Shown here: positions 28,408-45,085 of the stretch, in pieces
Layout: each line of letters opens with the position of its first letter
Numbering within the stretch: the first letter of the stretch is position 1
Assembly: GCF_009914755.1 (NCBI RefSeq)
Contig: NC_060930.1
Length of the DNA stretch: 64,000 nt
Source: the human T2T-CHM13v2.0 reference genome, Homo sapiens
Reading direction: 5' to 3' (one strand)
Position numbers and translations under genes: made by a program
The notes under the pieces: generated by a model
Seen by the model: the letters and a program-made list of their open reading frames with translations, nothing else
Databases searched by the model: none
What the model was told of the DNA's origin: nothing

Positions 28408-29255
28408 CTAACACATATTAAACAACCAGAAAAAGCAACCAAGGCTTTAACTTCATAAGAATTGGAGCCATTTGGTAGTTAATTGAAAAATAGTATATCT
28501 GGGAATGAAAACAATGCATCAAATCAGAATAAAAACAGGAGAAGAGGAAAGAGGGAAGGACTTATGACCTCCTAGAGAAAAGCCCAGAAGCTGTAAATGA
28601 CCTGCACTAAGAGGAACCCTCAGTGCGAGAAGTGCAAGGAGGAAGGACATGGTCAGCGGAGATCCCAGGATCTGCAGATTCTGGGTCTTGCCCTTTAGGG
28701 TGAGTGAATACCCCAGCCACAGACATGTCCACTCAGGGCAGTGCCCACCACACCTGCCGAGCACAGGGGGCACCCCATCCAGGCCTGGGGTACACACAGA
28801 CTGTGGGACTCATCACAGTGTGGAGAGGGCATCCCAAGGTGCACACACTACAGGGAATCCCAGAGAGCCAGGGGCACCAAAGAAGCCTGTCCCTAGCCAG
28901 GACGGCCACCTGGGAAAGGCCAGCTGGACAGAAAGGCCACAGGACAGAAAGGGAAGCCTGCCACCCACAGAGATGTGGTCAGGGCTTCTTCAATATCATA
29001 TGGCAATTTTTGAAACTTTTGTCATATTTTTATTTTTTATTTATTATTATTATTATACTTTAAGTTCAAGGGTACATGTGCACAACATGCAGGTTTGTTA
29101 CATATGTATACATGTGCCATGTTGGTGTGCTGCACCCATCAACTAGTCATTTACATTAGGTATATCTCCTAATGCTATCCATCCCCCTTCCCCCCACCCC
29201 ACAACAGGCCCCAGTGTGTGATGTTCCCCTTCCTGTGTCCAAGTGTTCTCATTGT

Positions 29256-33076
<3,821 letters not shown>

Positions 33077-33139
33077 TATGATGTTAGCTGGTTATTTTGC
33101 TCGTTAATTGATGCAGTTTCTTCCTAGGATCGATGGTCT

Positions 33140-34167
33140 TTACAGTTTGGCATGTTTTTGTAGTGGCTGGTACCGGTTGTTCCATTCCATGTTTAGTGCT
33201 TCCTTCAGGAGCTCTTTGTAAGGCAGGCCTGGTGGTGACAAAATCTCTCAGCATTTGCTTGTCTGTAAAGGATTTTATTTCTCCTTTACTTATGAAGCTT
33301 AGTTTGGCTGGATATGAAATTCTGGGTTGAAAATTCTTTTCTTTAAGAATGTTCAATATTGGCCCCCACTCTCTTCTGGCGTGTAGAGCTTCTGCCGAGA
33401 GATCTGCTGTTAGTCTGATGGGCTTCCTTTTGTGGGTAAATTGATCTTTCTCTCTGACTGCCCTTAACATTTTTTCCTTCATTTCAACTTTGGTGAATCT
33501 GACAATTATGTGTCTTAGAGTTGCTCTTCTCGAGGAGTATCTTTGTGGCGTTCTCTGTATTTCCTGAATTTGAATGTTGGCCTGCCTTGATAGGTTGGGG
33601 AAGTTATCCTGGATAATATCCTGTAGAGTGTTTTCCAACGTGGTTCCATTCTCCCCGTCACTTTCAGGTACATCAATCAGACGTAGATTTGGTCTTTTCA
33701 CATAGTCCCATATTTCTTGGAGGCTTTGTTTGTTTCTTTTTACTCTTCTTTCTCTAAACTTCTCTTCTCGCTTCATTTCATTAATTTGATCTTCAATCAC
33801 TGATATCGTTTCTTCCACTTGATCGAATCGGCCACTGAAACTTGTGCATGTGTCACGTAGTTCTCAAGCCATGGTTTTCAGCTCCATCAGGTCATTTAAG
33901 GTCTTCTCTACGCTGTTTATTCTAGTTAGCCATTCATCTAATCTTTTTTTTCAAGGTTTTTAGCTTCTTTGCGATTGGTTCAAACATCCTCCTTTAGCTC
34001 GGAGAAGTTTGTTATTACTGATCGTCTGAAGCCTTCTTTTCTCAACATGTCAAAGTCATTCTCCGTCCAGCTTTCTTCCATTGCTGCGAGGAGCTGCATT
34101 CCTTTGGAGTAGAAGAGGCACTCTGATTTTTAGAATTTTCAGCTTTTCTGCTCTGGTTTCTCCCCAT
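33140..34167 (-). pseudogene. L1 ORF1p, frameshifted
   Basis: ATG GGG AGA AAC CAG start; 244-aa fragment with EIWDYVKRPNLRL and FQPRISYPAKLSF. Confidence 0.92.
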
Positions 34168-35429
34168 CTTTGTGGTTTTATCTACCTTTGGTCTTTGATG
34201 ATGGTGACGTACAGATGGAGTTTTGGTGTGGATGTCCTTTCTGTTTGTTAGTTTTCCTTCTAACAGTCGGAACCCTCAGCTGCAGGTCTGTTGGAGTTTG
34301 CTGGAAGTCCACTCCAGTCCTGTTTATCTGGGTATCACCAGTGGAGGCTGCAGAACAGCAAATATTACAGAACAGCAAATGTTGCTGCCTGATCCTTCCT
34401 CTGAAAGCTTCGTCTCAGAGGGGCACCTGACTGTATGTGGTGTCAAATGGCCCCTACTGGGAGGTGTCTCCCAGTTAGGCTACTCGGGGGTCAGGGACCC
34501 ACTTGAGGAGGCAGTCTGTCCATTCTCAGATCTCAAATTCTGTGCTGGGAGAACCACTACTCTCTTCAAAGCTGTCAGACAGGGACCTTTAAGTCTGCAG
34601 AAGTTTCTGCTGCCCTGCCCCCAGAGGTGGAGTCTACAGAGGCATGCAGGCCTCCTTGAGCTGCGGTGGGCTCCACCCAATTCAAGCTTCCCAGCCACTT
34701 TGTTTACCTACTCAAGCCTCAGCAATGGCGGATGCCCCTCCCCGAACCTCGCTGCCGCCTTGCAGTTCGATCAGACTTCTGTGCTAGCAATGAGCAAGGC
34801 TCCGTGGGCGTCGGACCCTCTGAGCCAGACACGGGATATAATCTCCTGGTGTGCCATTTGCTAAGACCGTTGGAAAAGCGCAGTATTAGGGTGGGAGTGA
34901 ACCAATTTTCCAGGTGCCGTCTGTCACCGCTTCCCTTGGCTAGGAAAGGGAATTCCCGGACCCCTGCACTTCCCGGGTGAGGCGATGCCCCGCCCTGCTT
35001 CAGCTCACACTCGCGTGGGCTGCACCCACTGTCCGACAAGCCCCAGTGAGATGAACCTGGTACCTCAGTTGGAAGTGCAGAAATCACCCATCTTCCGCAT
35101 CACTCACACTGGGAGCTGTAGACTGGAGCTGTTCCTATTCGGCCATCTTGCCATGGTTGATCACTTTTGTCATATTTTTAAAATTTCAGTTTGCCCAATT
35201 TTGCAGATGTTGTTTTGACTGTGCTGCTCTCTGAGGGCTCAGTGAATGCCATCTCTCTACAAAGCAGTCACATTCGGATTCTGCTCTTGCAGCCACATCT
35301 GGCTTTGACCAGTTGCTGCTGCCTGTTCTACAAACCCCACCTGGAAATCTCACAGAGCTGGTGCCCAGTTCCTCAGGGTGATGACCGGAGAGGGTGCAGA
35401 ACGCAGTAGGTGACCTCTGCAAAGCCCCA

Positions 35430-35519
35430 AACCATTGCTTGCTATTTAACCATTGCCTGCTATTCAACCATTGCCTGTCATTTAACCATTGCCTGCTATT
35501 TAACCATTGCCTGCTATTC
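35430..35519. repeat. 18-bp tandem repeat AACCATTGCCTGCTATTT x5
   Basis: Directly visible. Confidence 0.92.
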
Positions 35520-35962
35520 AGGGGCTGACTGAAGAACAAAACTCAGGGGGCCATAAAGAGGTTACTAATAGGAAAAAGATGGCAACTAAAGTTTACTGAG
35601 TTCGTTTCCAACATGCGTGGGTTGTGGCCCATGCCCCCAGAGTTAGGACGTGTGTGGCTGGGAGCTGAATCCAGACACAAGGGCCCAGCACCACTCTCTA
35701 AGGTTGCTGAAGACACTAAAAGCCATGATTATATAAAACATGATTGCAGTGCGGGGGGCTAGAGAAGGGAAATAAAAGGAAGATCAGAATATACAATCAC
35801 ACCTTGACCTCAGGCAGCGCTGTGGTCAGTTCCTTACCTACGACATAAAGATAAAATGCCCAACTCAAAGGTTTGGTGTGAAGAGCAGATGCTAAAATAT
35901 TTAAAGCACTGAATATGCACCCTGCACCAGCCAGTACATTTTTCTTCTCCTGATTTCTACTA

Positions 35963-36342
35963 CATTTGACCTTTGAACAACATGGGCTCAGACTTCATTG
36001 GTCCACTTATATACAGATTTTCTTCCGCCTCTGCCACCCCTGAGACAGAAAGACCAACCCCTCTTCCTGGCCTCCTCAGCCTACCCAACATGAAGACAAC
36101 AAGGATGAAGACCTCTATGATGATCCACTTCCACTTATGAATAGTACATACATTTTCTCTTTTTGATGATTTGCTTAATCATGTTTTCTTTTCTCTAGCT
36201 TACTTTAGAAGAATACCAGATATAACACATATACAAAATACATGTTAATCAACTGTTTGTTATTGGTAAGGCTTCCAGTCAACTGTAGGCTATTAGTAGT
36301 TAAGTTTTAGGGAGTCAAAAGTTACATGTGGCTATTTGACTC
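35963..36342 (+). mobile_element. Tigger2a/MER28 DNA transposon, 3' end missing
   Basis: CATTTGACCTTTGAACAACATGGG...CTCTGCCACCCCTGAGACAG...GATGATCCACTTCCACTTA matches remembered consensus. Confidence 0.8.
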
Positions 36343-37898
36343 CAAAACAAAATAAACAATTTAAAATCAGAGAAAGACAGGAAAGAAATTAAGAAGCACG
36401 CCCTGAATCCACTTCTAGGCAGCCCTGAATCTGCTATCCCCGAAGACCTCCTTATTCTCAGCTCCTACTCCTCTCTAAGTAGTCAGTCACAAGACCTGGC
36501 TGCATTCTGGTCAGGATCCCAGGGGTGCCTATCCTCCCTGGAGACCCCAACAATATTTCAAGCCTCCAGGCAAGCTCTTCCCTGACGCAGGTAGAGAGGG
36601 GTCTTAGGCTCCCCTTCCCCACCATTCCCCAAGGCTCCTGCTCCTTCCTCGCTCCAGCGGGTGGGCCCAGCTCCTCTCTGCAGCCCATCCCAGAAGTGCC
36701 ATGGAGAATTTCTACTAAAACAGGGGAGGCAAGGACCCTGTAGGAAAGACCTCACAATCCAAACACTGCTGATGGGAGCCTTGAGGAGTACACAGTTCAC
36801 TGTTCAAGCACACGCCAACAGTCAGAACCTCCCACAGCTGCAGATATGGGCACCATGTTACGTGGGGAAATGGCCTTATGATCATTAGCTCTAACCAACT
36901 TTAACAATTATATAATTACATAGGTGATTGCTATGAAATATAACAAATATGTATAATTATACATTTATAATAACCTTTTATCATTTAGCTTTTAACTGAT
37001 AATAATTTAGGTTAAAAATTAAAGCCCTCATCCTCAGAAGCATCCAAAATGCAAAAGCGAAGCTACTAAGTTTCTGGTGCCTGAATGTGGTGTCATTCTT
37101 CCCTGTAGCGGTGCTGGAGGGCCGGGTCTCTCTCCTGGCATCATAAGGAGGCTTGGGAGACAGGACGGTGCCTTCACACTCACAACACCCTCACCTGGAG
37201 GTCAGTCGTCAAGTTACAGGGTGCCCACCAGACCCTCTCTGTGCCTGATAAATAAAGCCAAAACAGATTTGGTTTTATTATATTTGCCATTGTGCTGTTC
37301 AGCTTAAGAGATTACTAATAGGAAAAAGAAGTAGATAGACAAAAACAAAGTGGAGTTAAGGAAGAAAGGCCTCTGCTGTCCTATCTGTAAAGATGGAGGA
37401 GGGAAATGATGGCACCCTCTCCAGTCATCACCCTGAGGAACTGGGCATCAGCTCTGTGAGAGGGTCTGGTTTTTATTAATAAAAATTAATAAAAGCACAA
37501 AGTGAAACTACTAGCATGGAATAAACAGAAAGGTGCCTCCCAGCTCTAGCCCAAGAGTTCTTGCTGCAGGTGTTAAGTGGGCCCCAGCAACGCTGTGAAG
37601 GGGAACAGTATTCAGCAGCCCAATGCGTCTCTTGTGTCCTGGTACTCAACACAGTCTGGGATTGCTGAGGGAGGCGGGCTGCCTGCTGCTCCCATCGCCT
37701 GCAGGTTCTGTTGTGGTGCCAAGCAGTCCCTTTGTGCACTAAGCAGCTAGCTCCAAGCTGTACCACACTTACACTTCCTCCCTTGTCCCCACTCTGTCCC
37801 CTCTTCTAAGCTTCCCCATCCCTCCAGGCTCAGTTCACACCCATACTTCCAGGAAACCTCCCCTGGGTATTAGGCCATGCAGACATGGTGGGGGTAGC

Positions 37899-37917
37899 GG
37901 GGGGGGGGGGGGGGGGG
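37899..37917 (+). repeat. G19 homopolymer
   Basis: Directly visible. Confidence 0.95.
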
Positions 37918-37974
37918 CGCTTCCTAACTGCCCAACACTAAGTGAGCTTGGCTCCTGTGGGCATGTGCTGGTAT

Positions 37975-38065
37975 TTTATTTTTACTTTTAATTTTTGTGA
38001 GACAGTCTCGCTCTGTTGCCCAGGCTGGAGTGCAGTGGCACGATCATGGCTCACTGCAATCTCTG
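37975..38065 (-). mobile_element. Truncated Alu right-arm 3' fragment
   Basis: GAGACAGTCTCGCTCTGTTGCCCAGGCTGGAGTGCAGTGG...CTCACTGCAA then stops. Confidence 0.85.
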
Positions 38066-38550
38066 CAACCAGATTTCAGCACTTTCTGTGACACCAAACT
38101 GGGAGCCCAGCTGTGCCTGCCCCATCCCAGAATCTCCCAAGCATCTGCTCTTCCCACTCACACGTCCGCACCATCAGATGGCGCTCAGGCTAGAAGCCGA
38201 GGGTCCAAGAAGGCCAAGCTCTTGAAAGCCATCAGGATTATATTAGGGGGTGATTTTGCCCCCAAGGGGACAAAAATTGGTTCTTGGAGGGGGCGTGGGG
38301 TGGACAAAAATCTTACTCTTTTATGTGTAAAGCACAGATACGTCCACAGCACATGAATGATAGTCCCTCTGCAGTATAAAGCATCATGGGAGATGATTAG
38401 GGAAAAAGTGTCTGAAAAGGTTCCTTAGAGGGGAAATGATGAAAACATTTGAGTAGCACCACAACCCATCTTTGACCCCGACCAGTCTGCTCTGAACAGG
38501 CAGCAGGGCAAAGCAGATTCTTGATGACACCAGTGCTCAGCACAGCCCAG

Positions 38551-38956
38551 CCCCTCGCCCCAGCACCTCGTCCCAGCCTCTTACCCTATCCCCTCACCCC
38601 AGCCCTGCATCCCAGCCTCTCACCCTATCCCCTCATCCCCGCACCTCATCCCAGCCTCTCACCCTATACCCTCATCCCAGCACCTCATCCCAGCCTCTCA
38701 CCCTATCCCCTCACCCCAGCCCTGCATCCCAGCCTCTCATCCTATCCCCTCACCCCAGCCCTGCATCCCAGCCTCTCACCCTATGCCCTCACCCCAGCCC
38801 TGCATCCCAGCCTCTCACCCTATCCCCTCACCCCAGCCCTGCATCCCAGTGTCACCCTATCCCCTCACCCCAGCACTGCATCCCAGCCTCTCACCCTATG
38901 CCCTCACCCCAGCCCTGCAACCCAGCCTCTCACCCTATCCCCTCACCCCAGCCCCT
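38551..38956. repeat. 39-bp C-rich VNTR (CCCCTCACCCCAGCCCTGCATCCCAGCCTCTCACCCTAT), ~10 copies
   Basis: Directly visible; explains the 13-aa periodic Pro-rich ORF. Confidence 0.95.
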
Positions 38957-39711
38957 TGAGGTGCCCATTTCCATGCTGCATGTGTCCCTGGCAGGGAGTG
39001 AAGGAACCAGCTCAGCCTGGAGTGCTCTCTGGAGCTCATGGGTAAAGGGCTGCTGCCACAGGCACTACATCCAGCTTGGCATGGCCTGGCTCCTGGAGCC
39101 TTCCAAAGAGGGTGGGCAGCCAGCGGCTGGTACAATAAGGCCTGAGAGGCGGGCACTGCTGCTCCCTGCCCATGACATAGCCTCTAAAACCCAGGAGAGG
39201 GACACTGGGCACTGCTTTTGGGAGAGAGTCCTGACATCTGGAGATTACAGCACATGGACGCGGAGTGGACAACCTCAGGAGTGAACACAGCTTCCCACCC
39301 CATGGTGGAAAAAAGCTCACAGGTGGAGCTTTCAGAAGAGGAAACGCCGAGGCATACCACTGGCTTGAGTGAGGATAACAAGAGGCAGGGAGAGGCCTGG
39401 CACTTCCCACCCTCAATGCACCTCAATGGGAGAAGAGGATGAGGAAGGGCCTAGAGTTTCCTCCTGCCCCCACCACCATTGCCACTCCAGTGCCCTGACA
39501 TTGAGATTTTAAACTCCCTTCCCATAGAGCAGTCCAAGACCATGAAGCCACAACACCAAGTGTTTCTGATGACCCAGGCCTGGACCAGTCCCTTTTCTTA
39601 TCCACCACGTGCTGATGTGGAGCCTGCTGACACCCAGGGCTGCACAGGAGCTTGGATGTGGCAGGGAGCAAAACAATCCTAGTGGCCAAGCAATAAACAC
39701 ACAGACAGTCA

Positions 39712-40017
<306 letters not shown>

Positions 40018-40156
40018 GGGAAGGGAAGGGAGGGGAGGTGAGGGGAGGAGAGGGGAGGGGAGGAGAGGGGAGGGGAGGAGAGGGGAGGAGAGGAGAGGGG
40101 AGGAGAGGAGAGGAGAGGAGATGGGAGAAGAGGGGAGGGGAGGGGAGGGGAGGGAG
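40018..40156 (+). repeat. Homopurine (GGAGA/GGGGA)n tract
   Basis: Directly visible. Confidence 0.93.
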
Positions 40157-40159
40157 GCT

Positions 40160-40890
40160 GATCCTTCTGGGGGGCCCAGAAGGCCTCTCAGATGACGCGT
40201 ATATGAGAAGAGACCTGAGAGAGAGGGGAGCCAGCCTCGTGGCTCTCTGGGGACATTGGGAAGCAGGGAGGGCTTCCATATTCAAGGACAGCAAGGAGGC
40301 CCAGGAGGGTGGAGCTCAGTGGGCAAGGACGAAGGGAAGGAGAGGGTGCCAAGGGGCCTCTGAAAGGGGTCTGGCTCTTACTCTTGGTGAGACAGGAAGT
40401 CACTGGAAGTTTAGCGTGATGTATGACTTGATCCACCTGAAATACAGTCTACTAGAACCTGTGCCACAAAGGGATTGGTTTTGCCCACTGGTGTACATCC
40501 AGTGCCTGGAACTGGGGACACATTTCAGAGCATGACTTTGGCTGCTGTGTGGAGAAAGAAGTGCAGCAGGTTACGGGTGGAAGGCAGGTGTTGAAGCAGG
40601 CTACTGCAGTCAGCCCAACAGGGGTGGTGGGCTCGGTGGGCATAGTGGAAATGGTGAGAAATGATCATATTTAGGATGATATATGCTACAGGCAGAGCCA
40701 GTGGAACTTGCTGTTGGGTTCAACGTGGTGTAAGAGACAGAGGAGAATTCAGGAGTGAAGCTAAGGTTTTTGTCCTGAATAGCTGGGGAAGGACTTGCTG
40801 TTAACTGGGTTGGGGAGCATGGGGGAGAGGAAGGTGTGTGGAGGGAGATAGAGGGGCAGGTGATGGAGGAGTCTGGCATTTGGGTTTGAA
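40160..40890 (-). mobile_element. L2 fragments
   Basis: CAGCAAGGAGGCC, GAGGAGAATTCAGGAGTGAAGCTAAGGTTTTTGTCCTGA resemble reverse L2. Confidence 0.55.
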
Positions 40891-41685
40891 CACATCAGTC
40901 ATCCTTGGCTTAGTGGTAGGTTCTCGTGATGTTCTGTGTAGCCCTGGCCTCCCCTGGCCCTGCCCCGGACCCCCCATTCCCACCTGTCATCCTCTGGCCT
41001 CTCTGTCCCTGCTTCCTCCCAGGCTCTGTGGTCCACCTCTGTTCCTCTCCTACACCTAGTGGCACGTCTCCTCACAGCCCATGCCCAGTCAGTCATCAGG
41101 GACAGTTTACCTGCCAGGTTTCCACCCATCTGGGCACTTGGCAAGACTAGAAATCTGACTACATCAAGCCTAGGAGCAATGAGAGCTTGGTAGCCATAAA
41201 TACCATCAGCCCTTAGATTTTGTTCTCTAAACACCGTACCTGTGGTGTGTGTAGTATTCCTGGGAAAACTGTCAAACTCAAAGTATCAAGCACCCATACA
41301 TAACTTCTAGTTTACAGGCAGGTCAAGAGGGAGGAGTAGGTTAAACGCCCTCACGATGAGCACCCACACACCCAGAGCACAGGAGGTTCTACGAGGCAGT
41401 GCTGGGCTTTTCACAAATTAAGGAAAAAAGAGGTTGGGTGGAGCGGGGGGTCTGTTCTAAATTAAGAGAAACTTCAGAGACATAAAAACGAAATGCAATG
41501 TATGGGCCCTATTTAAATCCCTATGTAAATACTCCAAATGTTTAAAAAAAAAAAAAAAACAAGAGGGAGATAGTTTGGAAACAATTAGAGAAATCTGAAT
41601 ATAGGTGGTATTACATTATATTAAGAATGCCATTAATTTATATTCTTTTGATAATGACATTCTGATTATGTTTTTAAGATGTCTT

Positions 41686-41855
41686 TTTTTTTTTTTTTTT
41701 TTTTTCCAAAGACAGGGTCTCACTCCGTCACCCAGGCTGGAGTGCAGTAGTGCAATCTCAGCTCACTGCAGCCTTGACCCCCTGCGTTCAGGTGATTCTC
41801 CTGCCTGAGCCTCCCAAGTAGCTGGGGCTACAGGCCTGAGCCACCACACCTGGCC
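41686..41855 (-). mobile_element. FRAM-like Alu right monomer with 10-bp TSD AAGATGTCTT
   Basis: TSD at 41676-41685 and 41856-41865; single monomer with long tail. Confidence 0.85.
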
Positions 41856-43904
41856 AAGATGTCTTGAATCTTTATAAAACACATCTCATGACAATGTGGG
41901 GTGATATTTCATGACATACAATGTCTGGAATTCAATTTTTACATTTTCATCAATCAACTCGATACCTGCCAGTAGGATGAAATATTTAAAGTGAAATCTA
42001 GATTCTTTGACTTTGGAGAATCCTTATGCTATTCTCTCTACTCTTACATAGATTTTAATTAAAAAGTTCAAGAAACAAGTTGCCTCTTCCACAGAAAATA
42101 AGTCCAGGAAGCAATGATCATCACGGCAGAGGCATCACCCGAAACCTCTCAGTCCTGGCTTGGGCACCGCTGCCTCTTCTCTAGCAGCAGCCGGAAGAGA
42201 GACAAAGACAAAAATGGCATAAAACTGTTCATCCCTAAAATATAGATCACGGTCATGCCTGGATTTTCTTTTTTTTAATTTCTGAAAGAGATGAAGATTA
42301 CAATGCAATTTGAAAATACTTTGCATTTCAATGCCACTATATTTGAAGCGATTAAAAGGTCTAAAGTTCCCGAAGAGTAAAAGTAGTCCCTTTTCTGCCC
42401 CTCCTTTGCTTACTGCATGGAGTAGTGAGAAATTCTCGAAATCTTCCATTTTCTCCTCACCCCATTAACAAGGAAAGTCTCATTGCCTACTCTGGGCTGC
42501 AGAGCAGTCAAGCCACTGAGGTTGGACCTTCCAGCCCCCCACTTCTTGGGAGGCTGACTGACTATGGGCAGCTCCAACCCCCATGCCTCAGTCTCCTGAT
42601 GGCTAACCTGGAACACTCATGCTTAAGATGAGTGAATCAGAGCCTGACTAACATGATGATGAATCACATTTCTTAGCCTACAAATCTGGGAATCAGACTC
42701 TGGAACGAGGCACAGGCAGTCCACGAGAAACCCTGCCACCTCCCTGCTGTCTCCCAGGGCTCCTCTATTTGCAGCCACATGGTATGTTTCCAAGAATTTC
42801 AACTTAGAGCAACTCGTGTTCCTGTGCACACCACCGACGGCCCCTGCAGTCCACCGGCTCGCTGCCGTCACTGGTTCTGTCCGCCCACATCTTCCATGTC
42901 CACCACCGCCTGTCCTCCCTTCCATCTCCAGCACTGCCCTCCTTACCTCTTGATGACCTTCTACCCAGTCTCTCTGCCTCCAAAGTCACCCGCTCCGCAT
43001 GCCAGTCTCATGCCTTGCCGCCACTTCCTCCTGTTAGACGCCTCTGCTGGCTCCGCACGATCAACCAGATGACTGCAGGCTCCCCAGCAAGCCCCAGCTC
43101 CAGGCCACCCTCTCCTTCCCCCACTTCTCCCCACCGCACTTCCTGAGCTAAAGCCCAGAGCAACTGCAACGCTGTTCCTGGAACTACCTAGAATTCTCTG
43201 TACCTACCCCAAGCTCTGGGTTCTTGCTCAAGCTGTTCTCTTGGCCCAAAAGACCATTCCTTTCTAAAGGATGTCCAGCCTTTTCTGTTTTCCAAGTTTC
43301 AGTTCAAATAAGACCACCCACTTGCCCCTCACCTCCCTTAGGAGTAGTCTCTCTCTTCAACTCGCCTGAATCCCCCACGAGGGACACAGCCTCAGACTCT
43401 GAAGTCAGACCTGAATTTGAATTCCCATTCCACGATTTACTAATAACATCGGCATATTACTTAACCTTGCTGACTTTGTTTTATCTGTAAAAATGGAATA
43501 ATATGATAATCACTCACAGAACTGCTGTGAACATCTAAGAAGAGAAGACTAAGGTTTGCAAAAGAACTGTGAGTGGCAATGATGTTGGTGGTCACCTTTT
43601 TCCCGGAACCTCTTGCTCCGCCTTCCATACTTTCTTTCTCACCTTCTATTCACAGGCACATTTTGTCTTGTTCAGTATTCTTCTACCATAGAGTGTGCTT
43701 TCCTCAACAGCAGGGTCTTGTCTTGTTCATTTCGTTGTTGTTGCTGCCCACAGCATGCAAGGCAGGGTTTGCCCAACCATGGGTCTCAACAAATATTGGA
43801 ATCCAACAGTATGGGTGACAGCAGCAGTTGTGTAGCTAAGGAAAAATTCACCAGGATCCAAATCACAGCAAAAATCAGTTAAGGATGCTATGGTCCTGAA
43901 GCCC

Positions 43905-43906
43905 AT

Positions 43907-43945
<39 letters not shown>

Positions 43946-44236
43946 GAGACAGGGAGGGTCTCACTGTCTCGCTCAGGCTGGATGGAGTGCAGTGGCACAA
44001 TCTCAGCTCACCGCAACCTCTACCTCTCGCGTTCAAATTCTCCTGCCTCAGCCTCCCAAGTAGCTGGGATTACAGGTGTCCACCACCACACCCAGCTAAT
44101 TTTTTTTGTATGTTTAGTAGAGACAGGGTTTCACCATGTTGGCCAGCCTGGTCTCAAACTCCTGATCTCAAGTGATCTGCCCAACTCAGCCTCCCAAAGT
44201 GCTGGGCTTACAGGCGTGAGCCACCGTGCCCGGCCC
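43905..44236 (-). mobile_element. AluS-type SINE with (TTTA)n tail
   Basis: Reverse dimer. Confidence 0.93.
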
Positions 44237-44874
44237 AACTTTTTTTATTTTAAAAGCACCATTATAAAATTACTAACTTGTTTAGGAATATTTAAAGCAA
44301 ATTGTAAAATCTACATAAGATAAATACCTGCTCTAAATTTTCATCTAATTAATGTCTTCTCTCACCTTTCCCTTATTGAAATGTAATTCAGCTGATTTTC
44401 ATTATCCAAATTCATTACCCACAGAGCAGAGAAATACGTATACATTAAAATGCAGTTTTAATATGTACAAATATATAATAAAATGCTATATATGTACTTT
44501 CTAATTTTGAAATGGATAAATTAAGATGCTAAAATATACACAATTACCAAAATAATTTTTACAGGCAGAAATGTGGAAGGGACTCTATCCCGGCACTGTT
44601 TTTTAAAAAACATTGTCTTTACATGGGACATTGATTGCTTCCATATCTCAGCCTAGGACGCCTTAGGATATTTAATTTTGTCTCTCTTCTAGTAGAAAAC
44701 CAACTTTTTCAGTAGAGCAGCTTTTAATTATTAAGGATTATGTATAAATTGCACATTTTTCTATCAGACTTGTGATAAATTAGGTCACCAGATAATTCTG
44801 AGATCCTCTCCTTACATCACTTGTTTCAAGTGAAACTTCCCAGTGTTTCCAACAACGTAATATTCTGTCCCTAT

Positions 44875-45085
44875 TAAGATGACCAGGTAAAATACAAGGT
44901 ACCCCATTACATTTGAATTTCAGATAAATTACACTTTATTTTTTAGCATAAGTATGTCCCACGCAATACTAAACGACATTATGAGGCATGCAATATCTGG
45001 GACACATACTAAAAAATCATGTGTATATGAAATTTAAATTTAGCTGGGTGTGCTGAATTTTTATTTGTTAAATCTGGCGATTCCA
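44875..45085. mobile_element. MER53 palindromic MITE
   Basis: AAAATACA..ATTTGAATTTCAGATAAA..TAGCATAAGTATGTCCCA / TGGGACACATACTAAAAAAT..TGAAATTTAAATTTAGCTGGG..AAATCTGGC inverted arms. Confidence 0.82.

Noticed and set aside
38521-39045. 174-aa Pro-rich ORF
   Set aside because: Translation of the 39-bp VNTR with a TTG start
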